64,000 bases of DNA from Pavona decussata (Eukaryota), in contig CDRNST010000104.1 of assembly GCA_977016875.1 (NCBI GenBank), positions 5,518,001-5,582,000 on the forward strand, written 5' to 3'. The position numbers and the translations under genes are program-made. The notes below the pieces were generated by a model, which made no database searches, was not told where the DNA came from, and saw only the letters and a program-made list of their open reading frames with translations. Below are positions 1 to 12,414 of this stretch, in pieces; the stretch's first letter is position 1, and every line of letters starts with the position of its first letter.

Positions 1-420
1 AACTAAATAGCTTTGTCCAAGATATCACAATTATCAAATGTCGAAATAACAGCGGTCTCTGCATAGCCATCTACATACAACATCAAGCGCTTGCCTACTA
101 CCTGCTACTACATAAGCGATTACAATAATTGTAGAGATCATGATAAAAACAAAGTAAGATAAACTCAATAAAATGAATAGACACTCGTCATGTTTAGTGT
201 GGGTCTACCATGGATTTAGCGTAATTTCAAGCCTGCAATCCGTAAGACAGATGGCTTCGCTTCACTGAAGCTTTGTAAACAGATCATGTGCTCCGCTGAC
301 CTCTTTTAACCTTGCGCACGCGCAGAAGACGTCAGAGGGCGATTTGCGACTGGAGAATAAACTCGTGCCCATTTTAAACCTCGGGCTTTCCTATGGAAGC
401 CCGAGTAATAAGCCAATTGT

Positions 421-528
421 TAATTTGGTATCAAGAGGGATTTTGTGGTCCATCAAATCGAATGCTTTCCAAATTAATTTGGTATCAAGAGGGATTTTGT
501 GGTCCATCAAATCGAATGCTTTCCAAAA
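421..528. repeat. 54-bp tandem duplicate, encoding the LINE RT motif KAFDLMDHK on the minus strand
   Basis: taatttggtatcaagagggattttgtggtccatcaaatcgaatgctttccaaa occurs twice. Confidence 0.9.
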
Positions 529-539
529 CCACATAAGGA

Positions 540-2450
540 ATAACAACTTAACCTAAGAAATAGAATTAGGCACTTGCCAAAAGAAATCACTGTAACATCC
601 TTGTGACTCACAAGACAGTTACCGACCGTCTTAGCTTTAAATACGGGTTGGATGTGAACGTAATACCTGTTGAGGCCACAAAACAAGGGAGCTGAAAACA
701 ACTGCCAGAAGCCATAGCTCTTGAAGCTAAGAGATAACAATGAACCATAAGACATAGACTCTCGTATGGGTGATAAACAAACTTCCCACAATCCTACTGC
801 AGATAGATGGCACAGCGTGAAAAAGATAGATAGATAATAGATTGATAACGTGAAAATCAAGAGAAAAGAACTTTACGATTAAGACTACGTCTTTACAGAT
901 AACATTTATTTAGTGTTACCTGAAATCTGCAGTAAATTTGAGCCGGTAAGCCCAAACAAATGCCACAGAGCTAGCGTACACAACGGCCTAAAGCAACTAA
1001 TTCAAACGGCTCCAAAGGATAAGATAAATTTAAGTACATTCCTTCATGATCAAGATCAAAAGGTCCACACCATTCAGCAGAGCGATCCTACACATTTTGA
1101 TCAAAAAGAAAACAAATACTCTCAGAAATATACCCATGAGAGCACTATCCTGAGGTCTAAGGTACATTTAGCGAACAACGGGAGTTATGTTTGGCCTGTC
1201 ACCTTTTTCAAATACCGAAAAGTGTAATTATTTCCATCTGTTCCCTTAGCCCAACTATGAACCATGTGCAATTAAATCCTGCGACTTGGGAACTGTACCA
1301 TACTTATTCGGATCGAAAACCTTGAGAACTTGGTAGTGGTATTGGTATTGCCGGACACAACACTGTCCTCATGGTCAGCAACTGTTGATAAGGAAGCCAT
1401 TAACGAGTTAGGCCTGAAATCCTTCCGTAAGGTCTTCCACTGTCTCCCTCTTGGGTGATGCCAATGATCAACATCAAAAGGTTAACACCATCCAGCAGAG
1501 CGACCTTACACATTTTGATCAAAAAGGGAAAACCTCTCATTATCAGAGACGTGCTCGTGACAGCACTATCCTAAGGTCTAAGGTACATTTTGCGACCAGC
1601 GGGAGTCGTGTTCGGCCCGTCACCTTTTTCACTTGCAAATACCGAAAAGTATAATTATTTACATCTGTTCCCTTAGCCCAACTGTGAACCATATGCAATA
1701 AAAGCTTGGTACTCGGGAACTGCCCCATACTGATTCGGATAGAAAACCTCGAGAACAACGGGATTGGTATTGACGGACACAGCACAGTCCTCATGATCAG
1801 CAACATTTGATAAGCAAGCCATTAACTAACGCCTTTGGGTTTTCCTCCTTTATGTGCTGTGCTTTGGTTGCATGTTTTCCTGTCACGGCTCATAGCGTTC
1901 CTGTAAAAATTGAACAGCGATGATTTGGTGCTGTGCCTGTGGAAAGCTTTTTGCCTTTTTTTGAACTTTATGATTACAAATGCTGGGTCATCCACGGGGC
2001 TTCAGGTGTATGAACGCGAACCCTTTAACAGGCATGAGTACTGAGGTCAAGACCCATGTATATTATTACTTCATGAAGTACGTTCAACAGATCTTCGTAG
2101 CTTTCTAGAGAGGAAAATAGCCTGAACCAATCCATAACGCTCAAATACCCTGCCAATTCAGCTTTAAGACTGGTCCGTCTATCACGCTTTAGTATATGTT
2201 TCATGGAGCACTAGTTGACATCCCTCATCGTTGCATCCGCTGTAATAGCGTTATGATCTGAGAGACCGAAGGATGGAAGGGAACATGGATCTTCACAATA
2301 CTCGTGCATGTAGGTCAGCACCAAATCAAGGACTGCGTCCTTTCTAGTTAACTTTTTCACAAGTTGTTTAAGACGGAAATGCTTTTACCAAGTGATTTGA
2401 CGTCCGGCTAAGTGACTAAAATCGGCTGCCACAGTTAGCGCGAGTTCGCG
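540..2450 (-). mobile_element. Degraded LINE ORF2 (APE endonuclease + RT, CR1/L2 group)
   Basis: Minus-strand remnants: KHFRLKQLVKKLTRKDAVLDLVLT..PSFGLSDHN (EN, about 2230-2400), RVHTPEAPWMTQH..KRQKAFH (about 1940-2030), KDFRPNSL..DPNKYGTVPKS..HMVHSWAKGTD (RT; two copies). Confidence 0.85.
1040..1826. repeat. Tandem duplication of about 350-430 bp inside the LINE remnant
   Basis: 1047-1405 is about equal to 1465-1826 (tgatcaa..tcaaaagg..cagcagagcga.. through gccattaac). Confidence 0.9.
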
Positions 2451-2910
2451 TACAGTAAAACTCCACGTGTAAGAACCTCGTGGTTTAAGAATCTGCTGGC
2501 AGAATTTGCCATTTTAATACCCAAAATATAAGAACCTGTCTAGCTAAGCCAGATCAAGCAGGTTTTTCTATATGGGTAACACTTAAATTGTGATAAAAAT
2601 TTTAACCAAGGAGTTTGACTTTGAGATTGCAAATTTATATTACAAGAAAATACCAACTGTAATTACAAATAAAAGTATTAATTTCTACAGCAAAAACGGG
2701 TTTATATAAAGTACAGTTGTGAATAAATATTGTATCTTTAAGAACCAAGTTTATTTATTTTTTCTGGTGATGAACTACATCTCCTTCACAGAAATTAAGA
2801 ACCTAATTAAGAACCTACTTACCCTAAATTGCCAATAACTACCCCAAAATACAAGAACCTATTTTGCCATACTTCAAAATGTAGATTCTTACATGCGGGT
2901 TTTTACTCTA
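2451..2910. mobile_element. MITE, Tc1/mariner-pogo-like
   Basis: Imperfect TIRs TA-CAGTAAAACTCCACGTGTAAGAAC ... TTCTTACATGCGGGTTTTTACTC-TA; internal aagaacct repeats; truncates the LINE. Confidence 0.7.
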
Positions 2911-3364
2911 CATGTATATCCTCTATATTATACAAATGTTTTGTAGTTTCTTAAGTGATCTTATCTAGTTGATTGAATTTTTTGGTGTCTTAACCGGATA
3001 GCTCTAGAAACAGACATGCCTAGCAGTTCTTGCTGACCTTCGCTTGGACCACCGTGAAAATTCCAGTTCTCAGTTTGTTGTCTCATTCCAAGTTTTTCAC
3101 AGATACCTGTCATTTGAATGAGTGGTCGCGCAGGTTTATTTGGAGGAAGCTGCAGTGCTACGTCGGTGGGGAGTAGAAACGAATGTTTATCAACAGACTA
3201 AAGGAAAAGTGACCACCTTAAAGAGATTCGAGTGGCCAATTCACATTTAGTCATCAACTCTGTTGAGAAACAAAACATAGGTCGGTTTGGGTTTTCTTAG
3301 TTGAGTAGTTAACCGAATTTTCACGGTCAGTTTTTCGCCGTCAGTTAACATGTCTACAAATCTG

Positions 3365-3604
3365 GAGCCAGTTGTCTAAAGCCCGATTAAGCTAATCCTG
3401 GGTTAACGTGAACTTTGATTCGAGTTTAACTACTAATCAATAAAGATTTTTCAAAAAGATTTTTGATCCTCAATTTTGACTAAGATTTTTCTTTACCAGT
3501 AGCTTAAAAATTAGCCTTTAAAACTTTTTTAACGAGCGAGATAAAAACCTCGGTTAATTTTTAAGTTGCGGATTAGCATTAATCGGTTTTCGAACAACCG
3601 GGGC
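3365..3604. mobile_element. MITE (probably PIF/Harbinger-type)
   Basis: TIRs gagccagttgtctaaagcccgattaagctaatcc / ggattagcattaatcggttttcgaacaaccggggc. Confidence 0.7.
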
Positions 3605-3834
3605 TAGAGTATTTAATTGCAAATATCCGAGCTTATAGTCAGTCAGTTGTCAGACGAGTTGATAGTTAAGTTGTCAGTCGAGTTGCCAGTTGAGTACATT
3701 TGGAGTTTGTATAATGCAATAGCGGTAGAAGAGCAGATGTAATTAGTAGTTTATCAAGTCAAGTAAAGAAATTTCGAAAGCGTAATTTAGTCTCCCTACT
3801 TCCTTGCTTTTGCCAAGCGAGTGTTCAACAAAAG

Positions 3835-6760
3835 TAATAAACTTATGAAAGCATTGTCTTGCAGCTCATCGTGCTTGTAGCATGTTGATAAACGTGGCGG
3901 GGTGCTATAGAATGTTGTAATTACTTTTTTAAGATGTAGATTCGTTACAAGATTACAAAGTCACCAGGAAAATTTTAATAAGTTGAAATTATGTTGCGAG
4001 AATAAATGCAGCGGCTGGATCAGGACATTTGCCACAATATTATTTTTACGACTTAAGTGTAAATTGTTTACCGATAGGATTAGAGTTGTGGGTCGCTTCT
4101 TCGACTTAAGATCTCACTGAAACACAGGCAAGGATAAACTGGGAAAGGTGTTCAGAGCTCTGAGAGATGACGCCATGATGCTTTGATCTGGATTTCAGAT
4201 GTCAAGCAAAGTGATGAATAAATTTAGAACCGTCTTAGAATACACTTCCGCAATCACTGTTCACAATACGAACATTACAGTACAAACACTAGGCAGTAAA
4301 TGTGGAATAAGCCGTAGAGTTTTTAACAACTAGAGTAAATTCTCAGACACAGGCAGGCTCGATTTCTGCAAACCCCTCGGGTAGTGGACTCATTTTCTTG
4401 GACAGCGGCTGGTATCGCAACTTCTACCCAGCTAATCATGAAACGTGACATGTGCGTAAACAAAATCCCGGATATGAACAAGCTCTACATGTGATGGACA
4501 TGTACTAAGAAAATCAGATAAGCAACTTCTCAAACAGAGCAGAACACTGCACTGCAAGGTAACTGGGATAAAGCATTACAAAGAATGTTGGCCGCCTGAT
4601 TATGCCGGTTATATCGAGCGGGAAGCCGCCCTTGAAGAAAGCAATCTGCAATGACCTTTGAAATACAGCTATTTCAACTAATGTTGTCCGGAAAGTCTAT
4701 GCGACAAGGCGCCAAGATGATATTGCAATTTAAAATTAGTTATAAACTCGGGTATGGCTCACCCCTACGGTAAATAAATCACAGATGCAAATAGTTATAA
4801 TGTATACAGTGTAGTTTCAGTGTCGTATGTAAAATATGAAAAAAAAAAAAGATAAAAATAATTTATCTCACTTCTGAATCGAAAATAGAACAACGCTGAA
4901 AGCACGCAATATTTAACTTAAAGTTTTACACTTTACAGTTATAACTAAAAAGAAAATGCTTTAGTTGTCTCAAACACCTCAATTAAAACTTTTCAGTTTT
5001 TTCTTAGAAATTAATGATGCTTAATGATCAGATGGAGTGGACAGCTTTACAGAGTAACTACGACCGCATATATTTTAACCTCAGAACACCTTAATAATTC
5101 CAGGACGTTGGAAGTCGCTTATCTTACAAATAGTAAGTCAGATGTACTGATTTACCAAGCTTGTTAGAGTTTTATAGGGTAAAAGTTTTCTTTAAAATTT
5201 ATTGTTACCATAAACGACGGGAAGAAAAGAGTCAATTCCTAGCTCCCCCAATTCAAAGATTATCCCATTGCTGCCCCAATGAATATGCAAAAACGTACAA
5301 AATTGGTTTTCTGGTAAGTTCGGATGCTCCTTTTTTGTTGCCATCATGATTTACCTAATTTAAAAGGGAAATAACCGGAATTGCCTGTATACGTACCTGA
5401 TATTTCCACCGAACCTTATTCCCTCGATCCTAAAGATCTAATGCCGCGTGACGTGCTGAAGACAACACAGAGTTTTATCTCTATACAAAGCTCGATACCG
5501 GCCGGTTCCCTTTATCTAATACTGAAATTTGCTGTCAAGGTCCTTTCAATCTATGTGCAACAAAAATATTTCCGTTTTCTTCCCGCCTTTGTTCTCAATT
5601 GCTGAAGACCTCGATCACTATTTCTGTATCTAGCAGCCTCGCTTCGCCTTAACAATATATTTGATTTTCTTTATCTAGGCATTTTTTAAGTCGAGATGCT
5701 TTTATTGTCCGCTTATTTTGACTGACATTTCTAACTGATAAAGCAATTTTGGAAAACCACCAAGCGTAAATGATATCCATTTAAATTTACAAAACGTCAA
5801 TCACTAATGACAGTTGTTCACGGATGACCACATAAATAAATCGGGGGTCGTTTGTCGAACTGAACTTCCTGGGCCCAAAAGTCTTTTGTCAAATGCAATT
5901 TGCATGGATTGTTGGTTATTTTACGGCAAACATTATCCCAAGGTTTTATAACGTCACAGTTATGTAATAAACGAACATAAATGATTTTGGAGGCCGATAA
6001 GCAATTCGACCTTCAAGAAACGGTGCCTAGAGCAAGTTCCTCGATAGTCCCGGTGATTTCGCGGCCGGGCAGATGTCCACAGCGTTCAACGGAGACGAAA
6101 TTTGTTGCTTTAATTTTAAAAGCTGGATTTTAAATTCTTTAGGAACATTAGGCAAAATTGCACTGTTAATAAGCACATAAAATGGTTTTGAAGCCCGGCA
6201 AGTTATCGGTTTGTCGAGTAGGAAAACTATTTTTTGTTCATAGATAGGGGCGGGTTAAGCGTTCCACGACAGAGATGCAATTTGTTTAAATTTTGAAAGC
6301 TGGATTTTAAAAGCTCTATTAACCCATTAAGCAAATTTGCACTGATAACATCCACATAAAGTGGTTTTGGAGCCCGATAAGTTTTCGGCGGGTTGAGCAA
6401 GTTCTTCGATAGTCTTGTTGAATTTGCCGCCGTGTGGGAAAACTATTTTATGTTCACAGGCAAGTGTCCCTCAACATAGACGCATTTTTTTTGTTTTAAT
6501 TTTGAAAGCTAGATTTTTAAAATTATTACAGATCAATTATTAGGCAAATTTCCACTGGCCATAACTACCCATAGATAAAAAGCGGACGAAAAATTAATAC
6601 AGGATCCATGGCCTGTGAGCTGTCGCGACTTTCAAGAGACGAATAGCGTCTGTGGCTCGATTCTGGAGACCTCCAATAACTAACTCGCTAGGGTGAGCAG
6701 TTTGTGTTGGTGGTTACGTGGTGAAAAATTCCCAATCTGTTCCGCGAAGTTTTAACTGTT
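3835..6760 (-). repeat. Segmental duplicate of the GPCR1 upstream region (intron + non-coding exon + promoter), no coding exon
   Basis: 3835-4560 aligns by eye to 21985-22800 (e.g. cattgtcttgc.gctcat; cgacttaaga.ctca; gtaaattctcagacacag); 5290-6760 aligns to 23905-24985. Confidence 0.85.
6030..6560. repeat. Three diverged tandem units of about 180 bp
   Basis: Recurring ttaaattttgaaagctggattttaaa...ggcaaa.ttgcactg blocks near 6110, 6290 and 6500. Confidence 0.7.
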
Positions 6761-7669
6761 CTACGAAGCTCTGACTCAGAAAATCGGGCTAAGGTTGTCC
6801 ACAAGATGCTCGGCAACTTTTGGGCACCTTTCGCGATTTCGAGCAACTTTTTTTTCCATCGAGAAACTTCTTTAATTCTAAGACAATACCACAAATTAAA
6901 GTAAACTAAACAGGCATATTAAGCACTAAATTTTGTTTGTTTCGCGTTTTTGGTCACTTTATAGTCTGTAAAGTCAATAAGTGCACGTTGTGGACTGTAG
7001 AGCATTGGTTATTAAAAAGGCGATTCAGGTGGTCAGCGGTGATGGTGATATTTTTAAATTGAAAATGGCGGGCAATGACGATGTCTCACCATGCTTGAGT
7101 GACTCTGAAGTTTTAAATCCTTTAAGATGGCAGCTACAGCTGGTGCCAGACTTAGTACCCAGATAAGGCTGACATAAACAGCTTTGTCTGTATTAACGCT
7201 ATTCAGTCATACAAGTGCTTGTTTGGTTTAGTGACATTTGAAGAAAACGACAAAATGTAACTCGTTGTAGCAAGTCGTTAAAAGCTCAGGAGCCAAGGAA
7301 CAGTGAATATGCCCTTTGCTTGGTTAAATTAATACTAGAACAAGTGTTTAGTCCACACTTTTAACGTTCTGCTACATGTCCCATAATTTTCTTAAAATTT
7401 TCGTGATTTAGGATTTCGCAAAAGAACGACATCGTCACGCTTAGAAAAGTTGCGTGACAGAAATTGAGCCAAGGAGTTTAAGCAGTCTCAGAAAGTTTAA
7501 GAGTAGAACTAGTTTTTTTGCATTACTTGATATGTCTGTTAAACAAACCTTCACCTTTGTGCGTAATTTTACGACAAACTTGTCTGTCTTTGGACTTTGG
7601 ACTATCATTTTGTGTGATCATGAAATTTCAGTCATTATCGTGCAATCTTTAGTAGATCGTCAAATATTG

Positions 7670-8725
7670 AAAACTATTATTCAACACATTGTAACACTGC
7701 CCATATATGGTCACGGTGAACTCAATATACGTCGTCCGCTCATAACGGATATCCTGCGATATACGTAATTTCATGTATCGGGAAGAAAAATGGCAGAGCG
7801 CTGTCAAAAAGTAACGACCTCGCAAGTAAACCAAATCATTAATAATGCTGTTTCATAAAATAAAAAGAAGGCCACCAAGTTTGCTCTCAAGATTTGTAAT
7901 GGTTACTGCAAAAACGTTTTCTGTTTTATATCACTTTGCTTATGAACTGGCAAATTACAGTTCACCAAAATTGTTTTTTCGCTAGACTCTTACATTGTCC
8001 CGTATTCTAGGAAAGGCTCAGAAATGATAAACAGTATTTTCTTAGATTGGTTCTCGCAACAATTGTACAGAATTCTCGACTCGTCTTGAAGAGATGGAAG
8101 AAACCACCCGAGAAAACCGAGCTCGCAAATGAAGTGCCTCGGGAAATTTTCTCTCCGTCTGGTAGAAAAAAAGATGGAGCCGAGGTAGTACAGATCCAGA
8201 GTTCTTACAGGCAACAAAGCACAAGATGCGTTTGAGAAAACACTAAGGAAAGATTGCTTGTGCAGTAAACAAAGAAACACTAACCCGAGAAATCGTTGAA
8301 AAGCTTTTCCAGTCTGTTCAACTTGGCCCAGCTGACGGAACAAATCTTTCGCAACTTCAAAATACTGTTTGGTTTCAGCTTTTGAGGCTATAAGTTTGTG
8401 GAAATTTTTGCTGGAGCGATTGGGGCACCAGACGAGTACTCAATTTTGATGCTAGTTAGGTCAACGCTCTCGATTTCATTCAAACTTAAACAAAGCTGCC
8501 ACTTTCATTCATGCACGTCCGCGCGAGGTCAAATGTTAGAAGTTTCTTTTTTAAACAAACAAATATCGCCTCCAGCTTTTCTGCTATCAATGTATTGAAT
8601 AATAAAACAATTATCCTGCTCAATCTTGCGGAATATCGCCTGATTTTAGCCAACTTGGCCTACGGCTTCATCGGCTAAGTATCAGGCGATATTAAAGCGC
8701 GATTTCGTAGGATAATTGTTAAATA
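7670..8725 (+). mobile_element. Non-autonomous Crypton-like (DUF3504/ZMYM-type recombinase) element remnant with terminal hairpin
   Basis: 7790: MAERCQKVTTSQVNQIINNAVS*NKKKATKFALKI resembles the N-terminus of such elements; imperfect hairpin of about 115 bp at 8607-8720 (aacaattatcct..aatatcgcctga / tcaggcgatatt..aggataattgtt). Confidence 0.55.
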
Positions 8726-11299
8726 TATAAAAAGACGAAAGATAAAAAGCTCCAAGGAGAAACGATTGGAGAACGAATTGTACCAGAATGAAGGATACAT
8801 TGGAAGGAAAGACGGGGAAAGATCGATTGTTACCTTCCTAGCACCCTTTATAAGCTATTGGCTTTTCGCTTCAATTGAAAAGGGAAAAAACCCCGTTTAC
8901 GTCGGGTCTGGGTTTCTTGAAAAAAGACAGTTCTTGATGATCAACCCACAGCTAAACGAAAATAAATAAATAGTTGAAAATTATGTTGTTCGTTTTACCT
9001 TTGTGCAATCAAAGGGCTCTGATTGGTAGTTAAACTCTCGCAGAATTTTAGGGTAAAGTAAATATTAAGTTTTGTCGACGGTTGATGTACTATTACTTGC
9101 TTATATCCTTCTTCTGCTCCCTCCTCTAAATGTGGTAAAGAGTGTCTTCCGCTGTGATTTGTATTGATCACACCGTTGTGGCAATTTTCTTAAAAGCTGT
9201 CAGAGGATGCAAATAGCTTACAGATATATTGAAACAACCACAGTATTTGAAATTACCTTCATTTTTTACAACTAGCATCCTTCTTCCAACAAAAAGAACA
9301 ACATGTTACACTGGCTGGTCCTTCAATACACGTGTTACGCGATTTTAAGGCAACTGGCAATCTCAATTAGTAGTTGTTTAACTGGCAGGTGTTGAAACAT
9401 CATAAGGAAAGTTTATTCATCATTCAAATTATTCACCTCGGTATTTTGTTTTTCCAGTTGAGGGCGCATTCTTTGGTAAAAAAGTTGTAAAGTGATATTC
9501 TTAGAAGCTTTCACGAAACCTTTTGACCCTTTCGTTTGCAGTTTGCAGCTGGTCACGTTAGAAAATAAGCACATAAAACACGACATGCGACGAATTTAGA
9601 GTTACAAGTAATGTACTACATTGCATTCTTGTGATTGTTTCTGTCTAAGGTAAACACGGCTAGTAATGCAGAATATGTAGGCAACACCGACAGGTGTTTA
9701 AGAGTATGGCTGGATGAACGTGGTACCGACCATAGTTCGGCAATGTTATAACATCTAACTGACCTAAACAACTGTGAGGTATTCAAGTTTTTGTCAAGCC
9801 TTTACACAATTCACCTGATCTGAGTCTCAGAATAATGAAGCTGGTATTACTGCTAAATTTTAATTCGCATCAGTCATCAAGCTATTTTAGACAATGCGAC
9901 TATTATTACATTCAACAATAATTTCGATCTGTTATGTTTTCTAAAACTTTGTTAATTAAAAAACTCAAGCCCTCTCGCCTCAACGTTGGTGTCAAGGTTA
10001 CCAAAGACCTTGTTCTAATTTAGCGTTACAATTTTTTGTAGTATTCAACGTTATAATCGTTAGCTCATTGCTGCGAAGCGTCGGCTTCCCAGAACACTAT
10101 TTCAAAGGGTCTCTTATGGGGGTCGGAGTCTCCACACACCGATGCATTTTTCCACCTTACACCGTTAACCGTATGTGCTCTTAGGTAAAAACGGTAAACG
10201 CCGTTAATTTCGTGAAAACCGTAACGGCCGTTTATTTCACAACGTATATTTTTCACTTAAGTAGTTCTAGCGTTCGTAACGTTGACACAAGCATGCTAAA
10301 TAATTTAATAAGGCCTCAAGGTCTTTAGAATACAACTCGTTTTTCGAATTCCTTTCAAACGAGTTCACAAGCATAAAGAATGTTGTTTATAGTGAGAGGC
10401 CAGCGAGCCACAACAATGTATAATTTGAACCGTTTCAGAGACGCATACAGAGCAATGAAGGCATCATTCGTTTTGATCTCGGCGATCCCAAAAGATGAAG
10501 CATCAAACATTTCTCGGCAACAATACAAAGGCTAGATATTGTTCTTCAGTGTACATAAGAAAAGCCGGACTCGTTGAATAGAACCACACTTGCCAACTCC
10601 ATTCAGCGAAGCTGTAACAGCGGCAATGAAATTCCCCGTGGTACATGCAGCATACAACAATTGGCTATCATCAGACGGAAGAAAAACAATTGGTTGTTCT
10701 CCTTTATCGTTGTCCCATAAATTGATCATGCCGCTGTCAAACCCTTTGTCTGTGTTTTTCTTCAGTGCGCAGTATCAGACCTCTGGGCAACAGTGGCCTG
10801 AACAGGAAGACTTGGTCCAGCCTGGTCAAATTAACCTTCCTCCAGCGGAAGAAAGGAAGGAAGAAAATTCCACATTGTAGCTTGTAACTCTATCTTCCCT
10901 TCCTTGGAGGACCGTAAATCAACTAAATGCGACACCAGATAAGGCAGTCAAGCGTTATACTGCCTGTTTATTTTAACTTTGGCTTTTTGTCTGGGATATC
11001 CAGGTATTAAGTCTTATTCAGGTCTAATATTTAGATTTTATTTTCCTACAGCATGCCTCCTAAACGGATTTGTTTCCAAAAGAGAGCCGCTTTGCTGGGA
11101 GAAGATAGTGGTACTGCATCTCCTCATCCGTCTGAGCTGCGGCGTCAACCCTAGCCTCGACAGATAGCGGATTGAAATTATTCCATCTGCCCAAGTGGAG
11201 CAGGGTTGATATCACCTGAACACATGACCGCCATCACAGAGGTGGTAAACCACGCCCTTCAGAGAGCTTCTACCTCTGCCTCTGACGTACAGTTTGTAC

Positions 11300-12365
11300 C
11301 TGACCCCACCAATTAAGCACCTCAAGTTCATGGTCGCCTAAATTCCAACGCCACAGCCTCTATCCATGAATCCGTGAGTACTGTGATGAAGAGAGTGACT
11401 GGAACTCAGAACCAGCAAGGATCCAAGAGTAAGAGCACGTTTCTGTCAGAAGCCACTCCGCTATCTCACAGAGTACCAGATAGCCATATAGTAAAAACGC
11501 AAATTTGGGCTTACAAATTTGCTGATTTAGCGCTCCTCCTGCATTCCAGTATCAGTCATTCCGCGGAGGAGTAACCCTTCAGGGAAGAAACCTATACTGG
11601 AGGCCAGCCATGATCAGTACTGGGAACCATAGAGTACATTGTAGAAAGTAACCGATAGAAACGATTGATCAAAGATGTCTGCTTTCCAGACTATTTACAC
11701 TGCTATTTACACTGAGCATGTTCCCAAGGATACCACAGCTTTGATGAAGTACGAGTTTTCACTATAAGGGAATTAGTTAATATAGGGGCAAATTGGATGT
11801 TTTAGGATGAAATCTTCCACAAACTAGGGCACTCCCAAGGCATTCCATACGATCAAATGCATTCAAAGCTTTGGTTTAGGGCCCATACTTTAGAGCTAAA
11901 TCAAACAATCAGCCAAAGAGAAATAAGCCCGCTGGTGTCTACATCTCCAAGGGGTTTTGCTTAAAGTTTCACATGGGAGTTCAATGCCCAGGATGTTAGT
12001 TTAAACAGCACTATTCTAATTGCGATGCGGGTAAGCTAACCCATCGCCAAAAGCCCACAAACTAAACCTACTGCAAGTTAGGGGTCATAACCTCAAAGAT
12101 AATTGGTTGGTTTTTTTTTGGAAGGATACAATGTTCAGTTACCTCAGCAATTGATATCCATTTTCTTACATGGTTTTCGTTTGCATTTTGAAGGACCACA
12201 GATAGGTGGCCCTTCGGTCGCACGGCATCCAGAAATGGTTGAGAGTAAATTAAAAACCGCCAGGTGAATATCAATGATACATCATTGATCATTTCCTTAT
12301 GGGGGCTCGTTCAGTGACTTTATTCCATCAGAATTTTCTTCAGTGTACTATGAAACAGTTGAATT
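11300..12365 (+). mobile_element. Degraded DIRS/Ngaro-type tyrosine-recombinase retrotransposon (gag + start of RT)
   Basis: PLSHRVPD..KTQIWAYKFADLALLL; YTEHVPKDTTALMKY..IREL..GANWMF*DE.F; PKGFCLKFHMG..CPGC; HGFRLHFEG; RHPEMVESKLK; SFPYGGS..DFIPSEFSSVYYETV. Confidence 0.75.
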
Positions 12366-12414
12366 GATTATGCTTGCTACTCAAACTGAAAGGTTATGCC
12401 GTTGCTGCGCGTCT

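Noticed and set aside
10280-10880. Possible transposase fragment (DKGFDS on the minus strand)
   Set aside because: Single short motif with no supporting context.
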